From: Candidatus Saccharimonadota bacterium
GTDB taxonomy: Bacteria > Bacteroidota > Bacteroidia > Flavobacteriales > Blattabacteriaceae
DNA: 32,000 nucleotides
Direction: 5' to 3'
Assembly: GCF_014252315.1 (NCBI RefSeq)
Contig: NZ_CP059216.1
Location: 388,038-420,037 of the forward strand
Shown: piece after piece, positions 27,244 to 32,000 of the stretch
Position numbering within the stretch: the first letter of the stretch is position 1
Layout: each line of letters starts with the position of its first letter
Translations under genes and position numbers: made by a program
The notes under the pieces: model-generated
Databases searched by the model: none
What the model was told of the DNA's origin: nothing
What the model saw: the letters and a program-made list of their open reading frames with translations, nothing else

Positions 27244-28542
27244 ATGAATATTCCAACAGAAAAAAATTTAGAAAGAGTGGTAATTATTGGAGCTGGATTT
27301 TCTGGATTACAAGTAGCAAAAAAACTTAGAAGAGATAAATATCAAGTTGTACTTATAGATAAAAATAACTATCATACTTTTCAACCATTATTATATCAAG
27401 TAGCTACTGCAGGATTGGAACCAGATTCTATAGCTCATTCTATTAGAAATATTATAAAAAAAACTAAAAATTTTTTCTTTAGATTAGCTAATGTTAATTT
27501 TATTGATATTAAAAATCAAAAAATACATACAAATATTGGAGATTTGTTTTATAATTATTTAATTATATCAACAGGATCTATTACTAATTATTTTGGAAAT
27601 AAGAATATAGAATTTTATGCATTTCCAATGAAATCTATACCAGAAGCATTAAATTTAAGAAGTCTTATATTACAAGATTTTGAATCCGCTTTATTAGTAA
27701 ATAATATTGAGGAAAAAAAAAGATTAATGACTTTTGTTATAGTTGGAGGAGGCCCTACAGGAGTAGAGTTAGCTGGTGCTATAGCTGAAATGAAAAAATA
27801 TGTACTACCAAATGATTATCCAGATTTGGATCATAAATGTATGAATATTTATCTTTTACAAGCTTCTCCAAGATTACTTGATGGAATGTCTATAGAATCA
27901 GCTAATCAAGCTTATAAAAATCTTAAAGAATTAGGTGTTACTATATGGTTAGATTGTTTAGTAAAAGATTATAATGGAAAAATTATTTTTATAGAAAACA
28001 ATAAATATATAGAAACAGCTAATGTTATATGGACAGCAGGAGTAAAAGGTGCTATAATAAATGGTTTTACGGAAAAAGATATAAAAAATAATAGATTATT
28101 AGTTAACAACAGATTACAAACTATTGCATATAAAAATGTTTTTGCAATTGGAGATGTAGCTTACTGTATAGAAACAAATAATATTTATCCAAATGGATAT
28201 CCTATGACAGCTCCTCCAGCTATACAACAAGGAAATTATCTTGTTTATAATTTTAATAATTTATTAATAAACAAAAAAAATATTAAACCATTTAGATTTA
28301 AAAATCTAGGATCAATGGCTACTATAGGAAGAAATAAAGCTGTTTGTGATTTTCCTTTTATTAAATTAAAAGGATTTTTAGCTTGGATAATTTGGATGTT
28401 TGTTCATTTAGTAAGTTTAGTTGGATTTAGAAATAGAATAATAGCATTAACAAATTGGATAATTCAATATTTTCATTATAATAAAAGTGTTCGTTTAATT
28501 ATAAGACCGTTTTATAGAAAAAAAAAATCAGTTAATAAATAA
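27244..28542 (+). CDS. ndh: Type II NADH:quinone oxidoreductase (NDH-2)
   Basis: Two Rossmann motifs (IIGAGFSG, VGGGPTGVE), AIGDVA, C-terminal membrane anchor. I prefer the ATG at 27244; the track uses a TTG at 27235. Confidence 0.92.
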   Translation: MNIPTEKNLERVVIIGAGFSGLQVAKKLRRDKYQVVLIDKNNYHTFQPLLYQVATAGLEPDSIAHSIRNIIKKTKNFFFRLANVNFIDIKNQKIHTNIGDLFYNYLIISTGSITNYFGNKNIEFYAFPMKSIPEALNLRSLILQDFESALLVNNIEEKKRLMTFVIVGGGPTGVELAGAIAEMKKYVLPNDYPDLDHKCMNIYLLQASPRLLDGMSIESANQAYKNLKELGVTIWLDCLVKDYNGKIIFIENNKYIETANVIWTAGVKGAIINGFTEKDIKNNRLLVNNRLQTIAYKNVFAIGDVAYCIETNNIYPNGYPMTAPPAIQQGNYLVYNFNNLLINKKNIKPFRFKNLGSMATIGRNKAVCDFPFIKLKGFLAWIIWMFVHLVSLVGFRNRIIALTNWIIQYFHYNKSVRLIIRPFYRKKKSVNK

Positions 28543-29581
28543 TAATATTAGAAATAATACTTTCAATTTTTTTATATGTTTCTAAATATTCTTGATATAT
28601 TTTACTATTTATAATTATTCCACTTCCTGCATATAATATTATTTTTTTTTTATTTATTTCTGCACATCTTAAATTAACATATAATTCTATATAATCTTTA
28701 TCTATAAGACCCATATATCCAGAATAAAAATTTCTATTATGTTTTTCATATTTTTTAATAAAATTCATTGATTCATATTTAGGATATCCACATATAGATG
28801 GAGTAGGGTATAATTTTTCTAAAATATTAAAATAATTGAAATTTTTGTAATTATATATATATATATTTGTTTTTAAATGCTTTAGATTTCCTATATCTAA
28901 TGATTCAGTTTTATCTATATATAAATATTTTTTATAACATTTTAATGAATTTATTATATAATCTATAACTATTTTATGTTCTGTTATTTCTTTTTTTGTC
29001 CATTTTTTATTTCCCCAAATGGTTCCAGCTAATGCTGTTGTTTTTAATATATTGTTTTGATATTTTATTAATAATTCTGGAGTACATCCAATCCAAAATC
29101 CATATTTTGAGTCATACCATAAACTAATTAACGTATTTGGATAAAAAATTAATAATTTTTCAAATGTTTTTTTTAAATTAATTTTTTCATATTTCATAGG
29201 TATTTTAACATTGTTAGAAACAACAATTTTTTTTATAATACTATTTTCAATTTTTTTAATTGCTAGTTTAATTAAATTTTTATATTCATATGAAAAATTT
29301 TTTTTTAAAAAATTTTTTATAAATAAATTATTTTTGTTATAATAATTATTAATATTATTCTTGTTTATTTCTACATAATAAATTTTTTTAGGGAATATTT
29401 TAATAGTTTTATTATTATCAAAACTCTTAATTAAGAAAAAAGATTCATTATTACAATAATTACAATTAAAATAAATGAATATTTTATTTTCATTAGGTTT
29501 TCTAAAAATTACAAATTTATTACGATCCTTATAATTTTGTATAATTTTTTTATACATAGATATTACGCTTATTTTTTTCAT
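28532..29581 (-). CDS. menF: Isochorismate synthase (menaquinone pathway)
   Basis: 349 aa. Chorismate-binding domain motifs TTALAGT, LYPTPSICGYP, FYSGYMG, YAGSGII. 11-bp convergent overlap with ndh. Confidence 0.85.
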   Translation of the reverse strand: MKKISVISMYKKIIQNYKDRNKFVIFRKPNENKIFIYFNCNYCNNESFFLIKSFDNNKTIKIFPKKIYYVEINKNNINNYYNKNNLFIKNFLKKNFSYEYKNLIKLAIKKIENSIIKKIVVSNNVKIPMKYEKINLKKTFEKLLIFYPNTLISLWYDSKYGFWIGCTPELLIKYQNNILKTTALAGTIWGNKKWTKKEITEHKIVIDYIINSLKCYKKYLYIDKTESLDIGNLKHLKTNIYIYNYKNFNYFNILEKLYPTPSICGYPKYESMNFIKKYEKHNRNFYSGYMGLIDKDYIELYVNLRCAEINKKKIILYAGSGIIINSKIYQEYLETYKKIESIISNIIIY

Positions 29582-29611
29582 AAAAAAAAATGAATTTAAA
29601 ATTTTTAATAT

Positions 29612-30058
29612 TTATTTATATTTAACAATAACATTAGTTATTTTACAAAAACTTATAATTATTTTTTTTTCATTAAATATATTACACTTAATAAAGTGAA
29701 TCATTTTACCTTTGTTAATAATTTCAGATTTAGAAAATAATGATCCATTTTTAATATTTTTAATATAACTTATTGACATATCAACACTAAATATTTGTAA
29801 TTTTTTTGCATCATTATCCATTATATTTTTTATATTTAAAAAAGATAAACAACAACTTGTTGTTTCAGCTAAAGAAGCCGTAATTCCTCCATGTAAATAT
29901 CCAAATGGATTAAGAAACCTTTTGTAAATGGGGATTTTTGTTATTAAAATATTTACATTAGGAGAAATATAGATAAACTTAATTTTTATAAAATCTAAAA
30001 AATTATTTTTTCTTAATTTTCTTAATTCAAACAAAAAATTTTTTATATTTTTTTTCAT
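29612..30058 (-). CDS. Hotdog-fold (PaaI/MenI-like) acyl-CoA thioesterase, plausibly DHNA-CoA hydrolase
   Basis: 148 aa. GYLHGGITASLAET motif. Lies directly upstream of menF on the same strand, separated by a 30-bp spacer. Confidence 0.7.
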   Translation of the reverse strand: MKKNIKNFLFELRKLRKNNFLDFIKIKFIYISPNVNILITKIPIYKRFLNPFGYLHGGITASLAETTSCCLSFLNIKNIMDNDAKKLQIFSVDMSISYIKNIKNGSLFSKSEIINKGKMIHFIKCNIFNEKKIIISFCKITNVIVKYK

Positions 30059-30075
30059 TTTTAAATTTAAATTTT

Positions 30076-30630
30076 ATGGTAAATAACCAAAATAAAAAAA
30101 TAGATAAATATTTTATTCCATTATTAAATAAAAAAAATAATAAAATTATAGGATTCGATAAAAAAGAAAATATTCACAAAAAAGGATTATTACATAGTGC
30201 TGTCTCTGTATTTATATTTAATAAAAAAAATAATTTAATGTTACAAAAAAGATCATCTAAAAAGTATCATTCATCTCTTCTTTGGACTAATACATCTTGT
30301 AGTCATCCAAATAAACATGAATCTATTTTAAATGCAGCACATCGTTGTTTAAAGAATGAAATGGGATTTGATTGTAAATTACAATATAAATTTTGTTTTA
30401 CATATTGTGAAATATTTAATAATGGATTAATTGAAAATGAATTAGATCATGTTTTTATTGGATATTATGAAAAAAATCCAATTATAAATCATGAAGAAGT
30501 TGAAAGTTGGAAATGGATAAATTTAAATAAATTATTAAATAATATTAATGTTTTTTCTAAATCATATACTGTATGGTTAAAAATAATACTTAATAAGTAT
30601 ATAAAAAAATTAACAAATAATATTTTATGA
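30076..30630 (+). CDS. idi: Isopentenyl-diphosphate delta-isomerase, type 1 (Nudix)
   Basis: 184 aa. GLLHSAVSVFIFN, WTNTSCSHP (catalytic Cys), ENELDHVF, EVESWKWI. Confidence 0.9.
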   Translation: MVNNQNKKIDKYFIPLLNKKNNKIIGFDKKENIHKKGLLHSAVSVFIFNKKNNLMLQKRSSKKYHSSLLWTNTSCSHPNKHESILNAAHRCLKNEMGFDCKLQYKFCFTYCEIFNNGLIENELDHVFIGYYEKNPIINHEEVESWKWINLNKLLNNINVFSKSYTVWLKIILNKYIKKLTNNIL

Positions 30631-31037
30631 AAATAACTATTAATAGAAAAGGTTATTTCAGTGCAGCACACAAACTTTATAATAATTATTGGACAAAACA
30701 AAAAAATATAGAAATATTTGGAAAATGTGCATATCCAAATTATCATGGACATAATTATGAATATATAGTAAGTGTAAAAGGATTAATAAATCCAGAAACT
30801 GGATTAGTTTTCAATTTATATGATTTGAAAAAAATTATGAAAAAAGAAATAGAAGAATTTTTTGATCATAAAAATATTAACATAGATATAAAAGAATTTT
30901 CATCAATCAACCCTACATTAGAAAATATTATAATATTTATATGGAATAAAATTAGAAAATCAATACCAAAATATTTTGAATTGAAAATAACTTTATATGA
31001 AACAATAAATAATTTTGTTGAATATGATGGAAAATAA
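30627..31037 (+). CDS. 6-pyruvoyl-tetrahydropterin synthase family protein (PTPS / QueD)
   Basis: 136 aa. FSAAHKL, GKCAYPNYHGHNYEY (C-x5-HGH as in animal PTPS), DHKNIN, ITLYETINNFVEY. ATGA overlap with idi. Confidence 0.88.
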   Translation: MKITINRKGYFSAAHKLYNNYWTKQKNIEIFGKCAYPNYHGHNYEYIVSVKGLINPETGLVFNLYDLKKIMKKEIEEFFDHKNINIDIKEFSSINPTLENIIIFIWNKIRKSIPKYFELKITLYETINNFVEYDGK

Positions 31038-31052
31038 TACAAAAAAAGAAAT

Positions 31053-32000
31053 ATGAACATAAAAAGAACAACATTATATAAAAATCATGTTGATCTTAAC
31101 GCAAAGATGATTAATTATTCTGGTTTTTATATGCCACTTCAATATAGTTCATCAATAAAAGAACATATCTATGTAAGAAATTATTCAGGAATTTTTGATG
31201 TTAGTCATATGGGGAAATTTATAATACAAGGATCAAATGCAAATAATGTAATACAATATTTAACAACTAATGATATTTTTAAATTAAAAATAGGAGAAGC
31301 TCAATATAATTGTATGATAAATGATAATGGAGGAATTATAGATGATTTAGTAATTTTTAGATTGAAAACAAATAAATTATTACTTATAGTTAATGCTGTA
31401 AATATTGAAAAAAATAAAAATTGGATAAAAAAATATATAAAAAAAAATGGAACAGAATTAATTGATATTTCACAAGAATATTCTTTATTATCTATACAAG
31501 GACCATTATCATTATATAATATTAAAAAATTAACATCTATTCAATTAGAAAAAATTCCTTTCTATAAATTTGAAATTGGTGAATTATGTGGAATAAAAAA
31601 CGTTATTATATCTAATACAGGATATACGGGATCTATAGGATTTGAAATATTTGTTCATAATAAATATGTTGATATTATATGGAATGAAATATTAAATATT
31701 GGGAAAGAAAAAATTGTTCCATGTGGATTATCTAGTAGAGATTCTTTAAGATTAGAAATGGGATATCGTTTGTATGGTAATGATATTTCAGAAAAAACTA
31801 CACCTATAGAATCTGGATTATCATGGATAGTAAAATTTAAAAAACAATTTATTTCAAAAAAAATATTAATAAAACAAAAAGAAATAGGAACGTATAAAAG
31901 ATTATCATCTTTTTATTTAGAAAAAAATATAAATATTATTCCTAGAAAAGGAAATATATTAGTAGATGATAATAATAAAATTGGATATGTAACTTCTGGT
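31053..32000 (+). CDS. gcvT: Glycine cleavage system aminomethyltransferase (T protein); 3' end beyond the window
   Basis: Absent from the track because it is edge-truncated. Hand translation from the ATG at 31053 gives MNIKRTTLYKNHVDLNAKMINYSGFYMPLQYSSSIKEHIYVRNYSGIFDVSHMGKF..AQYNCMINDNGGIIDDLVIFRL. It stays in frame to base 32000 (316 codons). Confidence 0.93.
   Translation, partial: MNIKRTTLYKNHVDLNAKMINYSGFYMPLQYSSSIKEHIYVRNYSGIFDVSHMGKFIIQGSNANNVIQYLTTNDIFKLKIGEAQYNCMINDNGGIIDDLVIFRLKTNKLLLIVNAVNIEKNKNWIKKYIKKNGTELIDISQEYSLLSIQGPLSLYNIKKLTSIQLEKIPFYKFEIGELCGIKNVIISNTGYTGSIGFEIFVHNKYVDIIWNEILNIGKEKIVPCGLSSRDSLRLEMGYRLYGNDISEKTTPIESGLSWIVKFKKQFISKKILIKQKEIGTYKRLSSFYLEKNINIIPRKGNILVDDNNKIGYVTSG

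Noticed and set aside
30489-30752. 87-aa minus-strand ORF from the track.
   Set aside because: It is antisense to the idi/PTPS junction, and both plus-strand genes have clear motifs.
30866-31060. 64-aa minus-strand ORF from the track.
   Set aside because: It is antisense to the PTPS 3' end and the gcvT start, and is a shadow ORF.

Overview
This is a gene-dense window (about 94% coding by my tally of spacers) and extremely AT-rich. Two lines I counted by hand gave 10/60 G+C in pncB and 23/60 in groEL. It carries 35 protein genes and one SRP RNA, and almost all are core housekeeping functions. The genes are cdsA, ftsH, rsfS, birA, yidC, pyrG, ffs, clpX, obg, adk, lpd, tal, ferritin, dapA, an RRM protein, pncB, miaB, a sigma-54 activator, secG, groES/groEL, kdsC, a PUR-like protein, an ABC exporter, nusB, yajC, coaE, bTHX, a Zn-peptidase, ndh, menF, a hotdog thioesterase, idi, a PTPS/QueD-family gene and gcvT. 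Several markers point to a reduced-genome Flavobacteriales (Bacteroidota) insect endosymbiont, Blattabacterium-like: a long NusB, a DUF3276/PUR-like protein, ribosomal protein THX, the order miaB - sigma-54 activator - secG - groES - groEL, 4-bp ATGA gene overlaps and very low GC. That taxonomic call is inference only. I found no mobile elements, CRISPR, tRNA/rRNA, toxin-antitoxin pairs, defence genes or obvious horizontally acquired island, so I do not claim a novel multi-gene system. Points worth a second look: (1) a near-consensus sigma-54 -24/-12 promoter immediately upstream of groESL, next to a sensor-less sigma-54 activator gene and a 15-bp palindrome; (2) intact ORFs with eroded catalytic motifs, where BirA has lost every Arg of the GRGRxGR loop and Lpd has CxxxxC changed to YxxxxC; (3) perfect tandem or dispersed duplications that straddle stop codons (tal 20 bp x 4.65, rbp, pncB); (4) a 41-codon bTHX gene absent from the ORF track that overlaps coaE; (5) an SRP RNA in an unannotated spacer; (6) long poly(A/T) tracts inside ORFs.
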